Below, one piece after another: positions 1 through 9,806 of a stretch of DNA of 64,000 nt. The notes below the pieces were generated by a model. It saw only the letters and a list, made by a program, of their open reading frames with translations. It was not told where the DNA came from and did not search any database. The first letter of the stretch is position 1, and each line of letters begins with the position of its first letter. The translations under genes and the position numbers were made by a program. The stretch lies in contig JAQBVF010000007.1 in assembly GCA_027623675.1 (NCBI GenBank), positions 45,675-109,674 on the forward strand, read 5' to 3'. The stretch comes from Chloroflexota bacterium. Its GTDB lineage: Bacteria > Chloroflexota > Dehalococcoidia > Lucifugimonadales > UBA3495.

Positions 1-329
1 AGCGTTTCGTAGTCCACGCCCAGCTTGGCGGCCACATCGGGGCGGAAGTTGACCAGGGCGATGTCCATCTCCGGGATGAGGCGTTTAATGATCTCGGCCG
101 CGCCCTCCTTGGTCAGGTCGAGGGGCAGGCTGCGCTTACCCCGGTTGTAGGTCATAAAGGTGCGGCTCTCGGTGGGTGTGAACCGCTGGGTTAGCCGCCA
201 AGGCTCGCCCCAGGGCGGCTCCACCTTGATCACGTCGGCGCCCAGGTCGGCCAGCAGCCGGCCGGCCAAAGGCCCAGCGATGATCTCGGTGAAATCGACG
301 ACTCTGACGCCGTCCAGGGGTCCGGGCAT
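1..329 (-). CDS. CoA-transferase family III (CaiB/BaiF), N-terminal part; gene runs off the window start
   Basis: Minus-strand translation from ATG at 329: MPGPLDGVRVVDFTEIIAGPLAGRLLADLGADVIKVEPPWGEPWR..YNRGKRSL, the typical family III N-terminus. Not in the ORF track because it is truncated. Confidence 0.9.
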   Translation of the reverse strand, partial: MPGPLDGVRVVDFTEIIAGPLAGRLLADLGADVIKVEPPWGEPWRLTQRFTPTESRTFMTYNRGKRSLPLDLTKEGAAEIIKRLIPEMDIALVNFRPDVAAKLGVDYET

Positions 330-445
330 GTGGGTTCTCCTGGATGCCGGCAATCAGCCGCCGGCCATCAGCTTTCGGATACCGGCATTATGCCCAAAGG
401 TGGGAACGCGCCGCAATGGGGTGTGTTGGGATGGCCGGCAAATAG

Positions 446-604
446 ATTATCGCTCAAACTCCGATTTCGCCGCCCACCTTGAGGTTCTCGGAGGACGCAC
501 ACCAGTCAAGTAACTGATCAACAAAAACTAGGGTCATCAACAGCGGTGGTTCGACGAGCTCACCATGAGCGGCCCTGCTCCTTAAGTTCCCTACGATGGA
601 AAGA
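446..604. repeat. Dispersed MITE/REP-like element, family B, copy 1
   Basis: Aligns colinearly with 56010-56170 (ATTATCGCTC...GAGG-TCTCG-AGGACGC-CACCAGTCA...CAGCGGTGGTTCGAC..GCTCACCATGAGCGG...ATGGAAAGA). Confidence 0.8.
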
Positions 605-817
605 GGCTGGAAATACACTGGAACCACCCCGGAAAATCCCTGAATGAATAGTGTTCGTGGTTTGCCGATGCATCGACGCTGCCGCCTCGAACAAGGTCGT
701 GAGTCTCGCTGATTGACCGGCGGACCTAACGCCGCCTCGTGGGTGGGCCAAACAACTCCTAGCTCTGGAGCGGGGCTTCTTCGGTAGCCCGCGCCTGTAC
801 CGCGCCTGGCCCGTGCG

Positions 818-826
818 TGTTATAAT
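818..826 (+). promoter_or_regulatory. Extended -10 promoter of tRNA-Pro
   Basis: TGtTATAAT ending 10 nt upstream of the tRNA. Confidence 0.65.
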
Positions 827-836
827 TACGGCGCGT

Positions 837-913
837 CGGGGTGTGGCCCAGTCCGGTAGGGCACCTGCATGGGGTGTAGGGGGTCGTCGGTTCGAATCCG
901 ACCACCCCGACCA
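837..913 (+). tRNA. tRNA-Pro(GGG)
   Basis: Acceptor stem CGGGGTG/CACCCCG, D-arm GCCC/GGGC, anticodon stem CCTGC/GTAGG with loop ATGGGGT, T-loop GGTTCGAATCC, encoded CCA. Confidence 0.97.
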
Positions 914-920
914 GAAAAAG

Positions 921-960
921 AAAAACGACCGTCCCGGATTGACCGGGACGGTCGTTTTTT
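921..960 (+). terminator. Intrinsic terminator, probably bidirectional
   Basis: AAAAACGACCGTCCCGG-attga-CCGGGACGGTCGTTTTTT. Confidence 0.9.
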
Positions 961-1191
961 GTGTGCCGTGGAGTTGGACCCTTTAGGAGCCTAACCCCCC
1001 AAGGTGAAGGTAAGATTCACGCCGCCGGCCGGGCAGACGGAGAGCTTCATCACAGAGGCATTTCCGGTGACTCCGGTCAGGCCCCCGGTGATTTCGCTCA
1101 GTTTGAGCTAGGCGCTCCAGGTTATGTCCACCCTGTTGGACCTCCAACCGACCACGAAGGTGCCCGGCGCTGAAGGCTCAGATAACGGCGG

Positions 1192-2376
1192 TTACGCCGC
1201 CTTTTCCACGTTGAACTTGGGCATTACCTCTTTGCCGAACCGCTCGAGCTGCTCGATCATTACGTCCAGCGGCGTGCCCTGGCGGCTGCAGCCCACGTGC
1301 ATGTACTCAAGTCCGGGGTACCGGTCCTGCAGCTCCATGATGCGCTCGGTGATGTGCTCGGCGGTGCCGCAGAGCCAGGCCCCGGCGGCCACGGTGTCTT
1401 CCATCGTCGGGAATCCATAGGTGGGAGCGCGCTTGGGGTCGCCCAGGGCCTCAATCATCTCCGGCGAGAAGCCCCGGAAGAACCCCAGCGGCGCGAACAT
1501 CTTCATGTCCTCCTCCAGGTATTTCCGTGACTGGTCGATAGCCTCTTTCTCGCTATCGGCGATGAACGTGGGCAGGCCAACCACCAATCTGCTGCCCAGT
1601 TGGGCGTCCTGGTGGCCGTGCTTGACCAGTGTCTCGGTCCAGCGTTTGATGACATCGTCGGACGGCCCTCCGGTGACGGCTCCGCCGCCGACGATAGCCT
1701 GGATCTGGTGTTTGGCCATGAAGTCCATGGCCCGCTGGCTGGCGCTGACCATGGGCTGCCAGGTCTCAACCGGCAGGTACTTGGGCCGGGGCACCAGGGT
1801 GATCTCTTTCAGGGTGTAGCCGCGGTAAGGCACCTCGGGCGGCAGGTCGTAGTGCTTGCCGTGGTGGGAGAACGACTTCTCGTTGAACGCCTTCATGATG
1901 ACTTCGACCTGTTCTTCGAATATCTCACGGTTGGCGTCGCTGTCGGTGTTGGTGCTGGGCACTCCAAAGGTGTCCACCTCGCGGGAGTGGTAGCCGCGGC
2001 CAACGCCGAAGATCACCCGGCCGTTGGTCAAGATGTCGGCGGTGGCGTAGTCCTCGGCCAGGCGCAGGGGGTGCCACATGGGGTTGACGTTGAATCCGCA
2101 GCCGAACTTCAGGTTCTTGGTCAGGTGGGCCAGGTGCACGTAGAGCAGCAACAGGTTGGGTATGGTCTCGTTGCCCTCGTGCTGGAAGTGATGTTCCGCA
2201 GCCCAGAAGCTGTGATAACCAAGGTCGTCCATCACCTTAACCATCTGCTCCACCCGGTTGAAGATGGTCGAGAGGTGCTCATTGTCGAAGCGTCTGTCAT
2301 TCAGGGCGGTGGCGCCCAGACCCAGGTCTCCCAGGTCGACATGTCCGGCGTATAGGTTGCCGAATTTAGTGATCAA
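1192..2376 (-). CDS. LLM-class flavin-dependent oxidoreductase (luciferase-like)
   Basis: FWAAEHHF, WHPLRLAEDYATADILTNGRVIFGVGRGY, and C-terminal LERFGKEVMP motifs. Confidence 0.92.
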   Translation of the reverse strand: MITKFGNLYAGHVDLGDLGLGATALNDRRFDNEHLSTIFNRVEQMVKVMDDLGYHSFWAAEHHFQHEGNETIPNLLLLYVHLAHLTKNLKFGCGFNVNPMWHPLRLAEDYATADILTNGRVIFGVGRGYHSREVDTFGVPSTNTDSDANREIFEEQVEVIMKAFNEKSFSHHGKHYDLPPEVPYRGYTLKEITLVPRPKYLPVETWQPMVSASQRAMDFMAKHQIQAIVGGGAVTGGPSDDVIKRWTETLVKHGHQDAQLGSRLVVGLPTFIADSEKEAIDQSRKYLEEDMKMFAPLGFFRGFSPEMIEALGDPKRAPTYGFPTMEDTVAAGAWLCGTAEHITERIMELQDRYPGLEYMHVGCSRQGTPLDVMIEQLERFGKEVMPKFNVEKAA

Positions 2377-2421
2377 TTTTTCAGTCCTTGATTCTGTATT
2401 AGGGTCGGAACGGTTCCTGAC

Positions 2422-2449
2422 ATTCTAAAGGCGCGGTCTTCATTGTCAA
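2422..2449 (-). promoter_or_regulatory. Sigma70-type promoter of the LLM gene
   Basis: Minus strand TTGACA-N16-TAGAAT, about 45 nt upstream of the start codon. Confidence 0.6.
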
Positions 2450-2507
2450 TCGCGGTCAATCGCGGTCAATCGCGGTCAATCGCGGTCAATCGCGGTCAAT
2501 CGCGGTC
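2445..2507. repeat. Tandem repeat (GTCAATCGCG)x6.3
   Basis: Perfect 10-bp units read directly from the sequence. Confidence 0.97.
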
Positions 2508-2680
2508 GGACGCTTGTTGGCGAGCGCCCTTCGTGCCCCAGCCACTGTTGACGCTGCGTGGGGCCGCCATTATCATCCTTGCTTAAGCCAAGGTCCGCCG
2601 GTCCACTGGATAAGCCCTTGATAATAAGGCCTCTGCCACGAGACGCATCACATCAAAGGAGAGCGAAAGGGAGAGCGAAA

Positions 2681-4231
2681 ATGAAGTACGACACGATCGT
2701 TGTCGGAGCCGGCTCGGCCGGTTCGATCATGGCTTCCCGGCTCAGCGAAGACCCACACCACTCCGTGTTGCTATTGGAAGCCGGGCCGGACTACCCCGAG
2801 TTCGAGCACCTGCCCGATGAGGTGAAGTTCGGTTACGCCACCGCCACCGACATCATGACCAGCGACCACAACTGGCAGTTCTGGGGCAAGGCTACCGAGA
2901 CTGCCCCGCCCATGATGGTCCCCCGCGGCAAGGTTACCGGCGGGTCCAGCGCCATCAACGGCCAGGTATTCCTACGGGGAGTGCCCGAGGACTACGACTC
3001 CTGGGCGGCCATGGGCAACGACGAGTGGGCCTTTCCCAATCTCCTGCAGTACTTCAGGAAGATCGAGACGGACACCGACTTTCCCGATGATGACTTCCAT
3101 AGCTCGGAGGGTCCGATCATAGCCCGCCGGTTCAAGCAGGACGAGTTGTTGCCCGACCAGTCGGCCTTCCAAGCCGCCTCCCGGGCCGCCGGATTCCCGG
3201 AGAGCCCCGACCACAACCATCCCGAGGCATCAGGCATCGGCCCGATCCCCTTCAACAACCCCAACGGCATCCGGTTCAGCACCGCCCTGGGCTACCTGAA
3301 CCCGGCCCGGCACCGGCTCAACCTGACCATCCGCCCCAACTGCGCCACCCGGCGGATAATCTTCGATGGCAAGCGGGCCGTGGGCGTGGAAGTTGAAAGC
3401 GGCGGCGAGCGATTCACCGCCCAAGCCGACCAGATCGTGCTCAGTTCCGGCGCCATCGGGTCGCCCCACCTCCTGCTGCTGTCGGGTGTCGGCCCGTCCG
3501 CCCACCTGCGGGAGATGGGCATACCGGTGGTGCACGATCTGCCCGGCGTGGGCCAGAACCTGCGCGACCACCCCATGATCTACGTTACTTTCAGGACCAA
3601 GGCCAGCTACCCATTGGACGGGTTGGCGCCCAGGGTCCAGATGGGCCTGCGGTGGACGGCCGATGGCTCGGAGTACCGCAACGACCTGATGATTCTGATG
3701 CAGTCCTACGCCACCGAGCGGGTGGACCGGGGCGGGGAACGCATGGAGCCGCTGGGCATCCGCATGCTGGGCGTGTTGGACCTGGCCATGGGCTCGGGAG
3801 AGTTGAAACTCACATCCGCGGACCCGGATGAGCAGCCATTCTTGGACTACCGTTATCTGCAGGACCCCTTTGACCGGCAGCGGATGCGGGAGATGGTGCG
3901 GACCTGCGTCAACCTGGGACAACATGAAAGCTTCAAAGACATAGTGGAGCACCGGATCGAGCCAACCGACGAGGAGTTGGCCTCCGACGACGCCCTGGAC
4001 GCTTTCTGCGCCCGCGACGTCACCACCGGTCAGCACATATCGGGCACGTGCAAGATGGGCCCCGCCTCCGACGGCATGGCGGTGGTCGACCAGCACGGCA
4101 GGGTGCACGGCCTGGATGGCCTGCGGATCGCCGACGCGTCGGTCATGCCCAATTGCATCCGCGCCAACACCAACGTCACCACCATGATGATCGGCGAGCA
4201 CATGGCCGACTTCATCAAGAATGGAGGCTAG
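2681..4231 (+). CDS. GMC family oxidoreductase (choline dehydrogenase/MftG-like)
   Basis: IVVGAGSAG FAD motif, PRGKVTGGSSAING, VGQNLRDHP, GTCKMG, ANTNVTTMMIGE. Start placed at ATG 2681 after a GGGAGAG RBS. Confidence 0.93.
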   Translation: MKYDTIVVGAGSAGSIMASRLSEDPHHSVLLLEAGPDYPEFEHLPDEVKFGYATATDIMTSDHNWQFWGKATETAPPMMVPRGKVTGGSSAINGQVFLRGVPEDYDSWAAMGNDEWAFPNLLQYFRKIETDTDFPDDDFHSSEGPIIARRFKQDELLPDQSAFQAASRAAGFPESPDHNHPEASGIGPIPFNNPNGIRFSTALGYLNPARHRLNLTIRPNCATRRIIFDGKRAVGVEVESGGERFTAQADQIVLSSGAIGSPHLLLLSGVGPSAHLREMGIPVVHDLPGVGQNLRDHPMIYVTFRTKASYPLDGLAPRVQMGLRWTADGSEYRNDLMILMQSYATERVDRGGERMEPLGIRMLGVLDLAMGSGELKLTSADPDEQPFLDYRYLQDPFDRQRMREMVRTCVNLGQHESFKDIVEHRIEPTDEELASDDALDAFCARDVTTGQHISGTCKMGPASDGMAVVDQHGRVHGLDGLRIADASVMPNCIRANTNVTTMMIGEHMADFIKNGG

Positions 4232-4367
4232 GCATCAGGGCAAAAAATCAGTCGGGGGTTCTTCTACAGGCTCGGGACGGCAAGATCGACTCTTGATTCT
4301 TGGGGACATTGCCCCAACGGTAACTGTGGGGAAGCGTCAAGGTATGATATTAAAGGCGCCCTTCAAA

Positions 4368-4456
4368 TGTCACGCTGAGTCCTTCGGGAGAAGGGCGAAG
4401 GGTCTGCCAAGTTGATGATTGGCAGGTTCTTCCTCGCTTCACTCGTCAGAATGACA
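4368..4456. repeat. REP-like hairpin element, related to the core of family A
   Basis: Ends TGTCACGCTGA...TCAGAATGACA with internal TCCTTC..GAGAAGG, resembling the core of the 19112 and 31060 elements. Confidence 0.55.
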
Positions 4457-4552
4457 TCATTGAGGCGATGCCCTCCCGAAGCGAAATTTTAGGTCTGCCG
4501 ATCCGTCGGTGAGACTCTCGGCATGGCCGAAGATCGGGCGCCTAGTCACCGT

Positions 4553-4604
4553 CCGCTCGTGGTGAGCCCGGTCAAAATCCGCTCGTGGTGAACCCTTCGA
4601 ACCA
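4553..4604. repeat. Two tandem REP-like half-sites of family B type
   Basis: CCGCTCGTGGTGA occurs twice; its reverse complement matches TCACCATGAGCGG at 560-572 and 56125-56137. Confidence 0.6.
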
Positions 4605-4689
4605 TCACTCCGCGTAAACCAATGAGATTCATTCGGGAGAACGCCCCACCAACTCCCAGATACCACAACCCGGACAAAGGTGCATAAAC

Positions 4690-6048
4690 ATGGCGACAAA
4701 CAACAGCGGAAACGGTTCCGGAGCGCTGGCCCAGGAGAGCCTGGACAGATTCAAACGTGAATTCGACGCCGACCAGACCAAGCGGCTGGTCCAGAACGTG
4801 GTGACCCAGCATGACGTTAACGACGTGGCGCTCAGCCGGTCCATCGTGACCGACTCGCCGCATTCGTTCTCCATCGTGCTGGACGACTGGGCGGTGACCA
4901 ACCAGGCCCGGACCGGACGCTGCTGGATGTTCGCCGGGCTGAACCTGTGCCGGGCCGACACCAGGAACGTGGTCAACGTCAAAGATTTTGAGTTCAGCCA
5001 GAACTACCTGATGTTCTGGGACAAGATGGAAAGGGCCAATTTCGTATTGGAAGCCATCATCGAGACGGGCGACCGGCCTTCCGACGACCGGACCGTCGCC
5101 TTCCTGCTGCGGAGCCCCCTGTCCGACGGCGGCCAGTGGGACATGTTCACCGCCCTGGTGGCGAAACACGGCGTCGTCCCCAAAACGTCCATGCCCGAGA
5201 CTGAAAGCTCCTCTAGCTCGGCCCGGATGAACTCCAGCCTGAACTACCAGATGCGGCAGGGCGCCAAGCGCATACGCGACGCCTATGCCGGGGAATCGGG
5301 ACTGGACGAATTGCGCCATATCAAGAACGGCGTGCTAAAGGTCATCTACGACATACTGTGCATCCACCTGGGCACGCCGCCGGCGGAAGTGGACTGGCAA
5401 TGGAAGGACAAGGACGGCGAGTTCAACCGCGCCGGCAAACTGACGCCCCTGGAATTCGCCGCCAACTACCTGAAGACCCCGATCCATGATTACGTCAGCC
5501 TGGTGCATGACCCCAGGGAAAGCAGCCCGGCCGGCGTAACCTTCACGGTGGAGTACCTCGGCAACGTGGTCGATGCGCCGCCGATCAAGTACCTGAACGT
5601 GGATATCCAACTCATGAAGGACATCGCCCTAAAGATGCTGCAGGACGGCAAGCCGGTATGGATGGGCTGCGACACCGGCAAGCAGATGCACCGGGACCTG
5701 GGCCTGTGGGACGCCGGCCTGTTCGACTACTCCAGCGTCTACGGGGCGGAATTCTCGTTGGACAAGGCCTCGCGGCTGGAATACCACCAGACGGCCATGA
5801 CCCACGCCATGATGTTCACCGGCGTCGACTTGGTGGATGGCGTGCCGCGCCGCTGGCGGGTGGAGAACAGTTGGGACGACAAGGTCGGCAACAAAGGATT
5901 CTTTTTGATGAACGACTCCTGGTTCGCCGAGTACATGTTCGAGATCGCCGTGCCCAAGCACTACCTGTCCCCCGAGTTGCAGCAGGCCCTGGAATTGGAG
6001 CCGATCGTGCTGCCGGCCTGGGACCCGATGGGTTCATTGGCGGGGTAA
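4690..6048 (+). CDS. pepC: Aminopeptidase C / bleomycin hydrolase (peptidase C1B)
   Basis: NQARTGRCW (catalytic Cys), DGGQWDM, MTHAM (His), VENSW (Asn), and C-terminal WDPMGSLA. Confidence 0.95.
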   Translation: MATNNSGNGSGALAQESLDRFKREFDADQTKRLVQNVVTQHDVNDVALSRSIVTDSPHSFSIVLDDWAVTNQARTGRCWMFAGLNLCRADTRNVVNVKDFEFSQNYLMFWDKMERANFVLEAIIETGDRPSDDRTVAFLLRSPLSDGGQWDMFTALVAKHGVVPKTSMPETESSSSSARMNSSLNYQMRQGAKRIRDAYAGESGLDELRHIKNGVLKVIYDILCIHLGTPPAEVDWQWKDKDGEFNRAGKLTPLEFAANYLKTPIHDYVSLVHDPRESSPAGVTFTVEYLGNVVDAPPIKYLNVDIQLMKDIALKMLQDGKPVWMGCDTGKQMHRDLGLWDAGLFDYSSVYGAEFSLDKASRLEYHQTAMTHAMMFTGVDLVDGVPRRWRVENSWDDKVGNKGFFLMNDSWFAEYMFEIAVPKHYLSPELQQALELEPIVLPAWDPMGSLAG

Positions 6049-6093
6049 GCCACCGCCTCAAGGCACTGATATTCGTAGACCTCGGAGGACCTG

Positions 6094-6612
6094 ATGCCCA
6101 GAGTCGCATTGGACCTGAACAACGGGGAAGACCGGAAAAAGGTAAAAGGGGAATGGCGGGTTGGCGAGGGTTTCGTGCCTGGAGAGCCCAACGAGGGGCT
6201 GACCGCCCGACTGCTGGCCGTCCCGGCCCGGACCGCCGATTTTGACGATTCTAGCTGGCCGGTGTGCCCCGACATCCGGCGGAGCCTGTCGGTGGGCTTC
6301 ACATTCGCCTGGTACCGCATCACGGTGGAACTACCCCAGGAAGCCAACGGGATGCCGGTGGCGGGCGCGCGGCTTTGGTTCGAGACCAACATCGATAACT
6401 ACGGCGAGATCTGGGTGAACGGACAGATCGACCGAAACGCCGGGGTGATCGTCGGCATCAACGCCCCGCAGCGTGTCGAGCTGGCCACCAGCGCCACACC
6501 CGGTGACAAGTATGTGATCGCCTGCCTGGTGGCCAACGGCCCTCTGGCCGAGCCCCGGGGAGGCATCTTCATGCGCTTTGCCACGCTGGCGCTGGAGACC
6601 ACCGACGATTAG
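6094..6612 (+). CDS. Hypothetical protein with a galactose-binding-like (GH2 N-terminal) jelly-roll domain
   Basis: DFDDSSW...FAWYRITVELP...LWFETNIDNYGEIWVNG pattern; preceded by a GGAGG RBS. Confidence 0.7.
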   Translation: MPRVALDLNNGEDRKKVKGEWRVGEGFVPGEPNEGLTARLLAVPARTADFDDSSWPVCPDIRRSLSVGFTFAWYRITVELPQEANGMPVAGARLWFETNIDNYGEIWVNGQIDRNAGVIVGINAPQRVELATSATPGDKYVIACLVANGPLAEPRGGIFMRFATLALETTDD

Positions 6613-6717
6613 GGGGCACAGCCCCTTTCATGCGCTTGGCGGGTCCGGCCCCTAAATCTTATTAGCGACCGGAACAATCTTCTTTAGCAACGGCCCCATC
6701 AAGGAGTGCCCATAGTT

Positions 6718-7392
6718 ATGGTTAGAAAGAAAGGTTCAGCATTGTTGCTGGTGTTCACCGACGTTGACGTCGAACACGACGCGGAATTCAATTCCTGGTA
6801 CAACGAGGAGCATCTGCCGGAGCGGCTCAGCGCACCGGGATTCTTGGACGGCGCCAGATACCAGGCGGTCAAGGGCGGGCCTCGTTACCTGGCGGTCTAC
6901 GAACTGGAGTCGGCGGAGGCCTTGCAATCCCCTGAGTACAAACATCAGTCCCAGAATCCCACTGAACGGACCAAACGCTTTTCCCCCAGCGCGATCGGCC
7001 GGGGAACGGTGCGCAGTGTTTGCACCCAGATATACCCCGCCGAGAGCGACCCCGGCACCGTAGGCCGGGGCATGGCTCCGGCGCTGCAGATCGGGCGGAT
7101 GGACGTGCCTTCGGACATAGAGGCCAGGTATAACGACTACTACGACAACACCCGCACCCCCGGCAACCTGAAAGTGCCCGGCTGCCTCTTCGTCCGCCGC
7201 TACCACGTGGTCGAAGGACAACCGGGGTACCTGACCATGTACGAATTCGAGCACGAGAAGGTTCCCGAGTCGCTGGCGTGGGAAGAACACCGGAAGCAGG
7301 ACACCATGCACGAATACATCGGGGGCAGTTACGGCCACGCCGCCGGGTCGCCGGGGGTGTACCGGCGCATAATGCCGCCCCGGCCTTTCTAG
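6718..7392 (+). CDS. Tandem EthD/DUF4286-like dimeric alpha-beta barrel protein
   Basis: Two repeats: EFNSWYNEEHLPERLSAPGF..RY..YLAVYE and RYNDYYDNTRTPGNLKVPG..RRY..YLTMYE. Confidence 0.75.
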   Translation: MVRKKGSALLLVFTDVDVEHDAEFNSWYNEEHLPERLSAPGFLDGARYQAVKGGPRYLAVYELESAEALQSPEYKHQSQNPTERTKRFSPSAIGRGTVRSVCTQIYPAESDPGTVGRGMAPALQIGRMDVPSDIEARYNDYYDNTRTPGNLKVPGCLFVRRYHVVEGQPGYLTMYEFEHEKVPESLAWEEHRKQDTMHEYIGGSYGHAAGSPGVYRRIMPPRPF

Positions 7393-8426
7393 TCTTTGAT
7401 CGCCGGCTGTAACTCCGAAAGCAGGGGCAGCCGGTAGGCCTTGGCGGCAGCGTCATGGAACAGGAGCGTCCGCTCGGCGGCGGTGAAGTCCTGAGTCATG
7501 ATCTTGAAGGAATTCCAGACCGCCGTATAAGAGTAGGAATTCTTGTCCACCGGAAAGTTGCTCTCAAACATGCAGCGTTCCGGACCGAACGCCTCGATGG
7601 TGTGCCGGTAATACGGCGCCGTGGCCTGGACAAGCTCAGCGGAGTCCGGCGGCTTGGGCTGGGTGTCCCATCCGAACCCGCTGATCCGGTTGCCCAGTCC
7701 TCCCACCTTGACCACCACGTTGGGGCATGCGGCCATCGCCGTCATATCCCGCTGCCACGCCTGAAATACCTCATCACGACGGCCGGCGTAGGGGCCTAGG
7801 CCCAAGGGACGCCCGATGTGGTTCAGGATGATGACCGCGCCGGGGAAGGCGTTGGCCAGGTCCACCAACTCCAGCAGTTGATGATGGTAGACCAGGGCGT
7901 CGAAGCCGTGGCCCCTGCGCTGTAGGACGTCGAATCCCTGCCTGAATTTGGGGTCGGACAACATGCCGGGGCCGGCCATCCGGGGGGAACGCAACTCGGG
8001 GTTCTCGTCCCAACTGCAGGTGTAGCGGATGCCGCGGAAACGCCCGCTGCTGGCCTGGTCCAGGGCCTCTAAAACCGGCTCGACCGCGGCGCCCAAGCCC
8101 AGGTCGGCATAGCCCACGATCCCGGCGGCGAGCCGGGTGGGGCCGTAAAGCCCGCTGTCGCCTTGGGCGGCGATGCCACGGACAAACTCCACCTCGCCGA
8201 CGGACCGCATCTCCTCCAGCCCCGATGCCCGGTACATCGAGTCGCACTCCACGAACACGGTCTGCACGACATTGTGTCCCGAGGCGAAGTCACCCGTAAC
8301 CTCGTCGATCATGTAACGGTCGGCGGGTTTATCCCACAGATGGTGGTGGGGGTCCAAGATCGGCAGTTCCGGCTCCAGGGCCTCTTCCTCGGTCAACTTA
8401 AGCCAGGCGTCACGTTCCGCTGTCAT
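7389..8426 (-). CDS. Amidohydrolase_2 family metallohydrolase (lactonase-like)
   Basis: DPHHHLWD, FRGIR, ILNHIG, FGPERCMFESNFPVD. Confidence 0.9.
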   Translation of the reverse strand: MTAERDAWLKLTEEEALEPELPILDPHHHLWDKPADRYMIDEVTGDFASGHNVVQTVFVECDSMYRASGLEEMRSVGEVEFVRGIAAQGDSGLYGPTRLAAGIVGYADLGLGAAVEPVLEALDQASSGRFRGIRYTCSWDENPELRSPRMAGPGMLSDPKFRQGFDVLQRRGHGFDALVYHHQLLELVDLANAFPGAVIILNHIGRPLGLGPYAGRRDEVFQAWQRDMTAMAACPNVVVKVGGLGNRISGFGWDTQPKPPDSAELVQATAPYYRHTIEAFGPERCMFESNFPVDKNSYSYTAVWNSFKIMTQDFTAAERTLLFHDAAAKAYRLPLLSELQPAIKD

Positions 8427-8622
8427 CTGCTCTCCTTAAGTCATTGCCGGTCCATCCGGCGCTTTGGGTCTGGCGATGATTCGAGTTCGGCGCCTCCGAA
8501 ATATACCGGGCGGCTACCGATTCCACACGGAATCCTAACGCTCGGATGTTCAAATCCATCCACAAGGCGTTTAACATAAGATTAGCTAAAAAAAGGATCA
8601 TCACCCTGGAGATGGAACTACA

Positions 8623-8910
8623 ATGACAATCAAAGCCTTTGCTCCGAAGCAAGCTGTTCATCCATTGATTGCCGCGCAGGAAGCCGTCAACCCAGCAGTA
8701 TTGGAGGTGGTCCAGGAATCAGATGTTTCGGCGAACGCGCTCTCAGCCGCCGAGGCCGCCCAGAAGTCGGCCGAAAGCGACCTGGCCGCCGTCCGGGAAT
8801 TGTGGACCGAGCTGGCCTCGATGCGCCCCGACCTCTTGGCCGAGTCCGATCCTGAACCGACGCCACATTCCTCCGACATCGAGGGACTGATATCGAAGGG
8901 CGCGGTCTAA
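8623..8910 (+). CDS. Small Ala/Glu-rich hypothetical protein
   Basis: GGAGATGGA RBS-like sequence and AT-rich upstream region; no family recognised. Confidence 0.55.
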   Translation: MTIKAFAPKQAVHPLIAAQEAVNPAVLEVVQESDVSANALSAAEAAQKSAESDLAAVRELWTELASMRPDLLAESDPEPTPHSSDIEGLISKGAV

Positions 8911-9001
8911 GCGCCGCCGTTAACCGGGCTCTTTTACTCCGGCGTCACGCCCGGCCGTAACCAACTTTCTAGCTACCCCCCGAGCAGACCAGCTAGCAAA
9001 C

Positions 9002-9802
9002 CTACAGGCCCACCAGCTCCCTGAAATTCTCGCCCAAGATGCGTTCTTTGGCGGCGTCGGGCACCGGCAAACTCTCGATGAACTCGGCGTCCTTCGCCAT
9101 ATCAGCCAGCGGGAAATCGGTGCCGAAACAGACCTTGTCCGGCCCGTGCTTGTTGATGATGGCCGTCAGGGTGTCCGTGCCAACCTCTTTCAGCTCCGGC
9201 GGCCAGGTGGTGTCGATCAGGATGTTGTCCCGGCCGATCAACTCCCGCTCCGACTCGTCCAGCATGTAGAACCCGCCCAGGTGGAGCGCGATCACCTTCA
9301 GTTTGGGGAACTGCCGCACCATGTTCATCACCCGGCCGGGCGGCGAGTAGACCGTGTCTCCCGGTTTGGTGTGTGCCCAGCGGCCCGAGTGTATCTCCAC
9401 CACCATGTCGTCGCCCAGTTCCTCGTATAGCGGGAACATCTTTGGGTCGTCCGGGAAGAACCGGTTCACCATGGGGTGCAGTTTCACGCCCTTGATGCCG
9501 GCGTCGCGCAGACGGCGTATCTCGCCGGGCAGGTCTTCCATATCGGGGTGGACCGCTCCGAAGGGCACCAGCATTTCGTCTTGGATGCTGATCAGCCAGT
9601 CGTTGGCCGGTTTCACGTGTTCCAGCCGCTCCACCACACCCAGCACCACCGATTTGTCCACTCCGGACGCGCGCATGTGGGCCTTGATGCCGTCGATCGT
9701 GTTGATACCCACGGCTGGATAGCCGAAGGTCTCGGTCATGTTCTCCAGCACCGGCGCGGCGATGCGGTCAGGGGAGATGTGGGTGTGGACGTCTATTCGC
9801 AT
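9002..9802 (-). CDS. Amidohydrolase_2 family protein
   Basis: True start MRIDVHTH at 9802; GIKGVKLHP, IALHLGG, FGTDFP. Confidence 0.9.
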   Translation of the reverse strand: MRIDVHTHISPDRIAAPVLENMTETFGYPAVGINTIDGIKAHMRASGVDKSVVLGVVERLEHVKPANDWLISIQDEMLVPFGAVHPDMEDLPGEIRRLRDAGIKGVKLHPMVNRFFPDDPKMFPLYEELGDDMVVEIHSGRWAHTKPGDTVYSPPGRVMNMVRQFPKLKVIALHLGGFYMLDESERELIGRDNILIDTTWPPELKEVGTDTLTAIINKHGPDKVCFGTDFPLADMAKDAEFIESLPVPDAAKERILGENFRELVGL

Positions 9803-9806
9803 CTGG

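Noticed and set aside
837-960. tRNA-Pro as the attachment site of an integrated element
   Set aside because: No integrase, and no duplicated tRNA 3' end was noticed in the window.
990-1150. Minus-strand frame with a GGAGG RBS and an in-frame TAG (VDITWSA*LKLSEITGG...) as a recoded pyrrolysine gene
   Set aside because: Very short, no recognisable family and no pyl genes; at most a gene remnant.
2445-2507. Tandem repeats here and at 55899-55946 as CRISPR arrays
   Set aside because: Units are 10-12 bp with no spacers, and there are no cas genes in the window.
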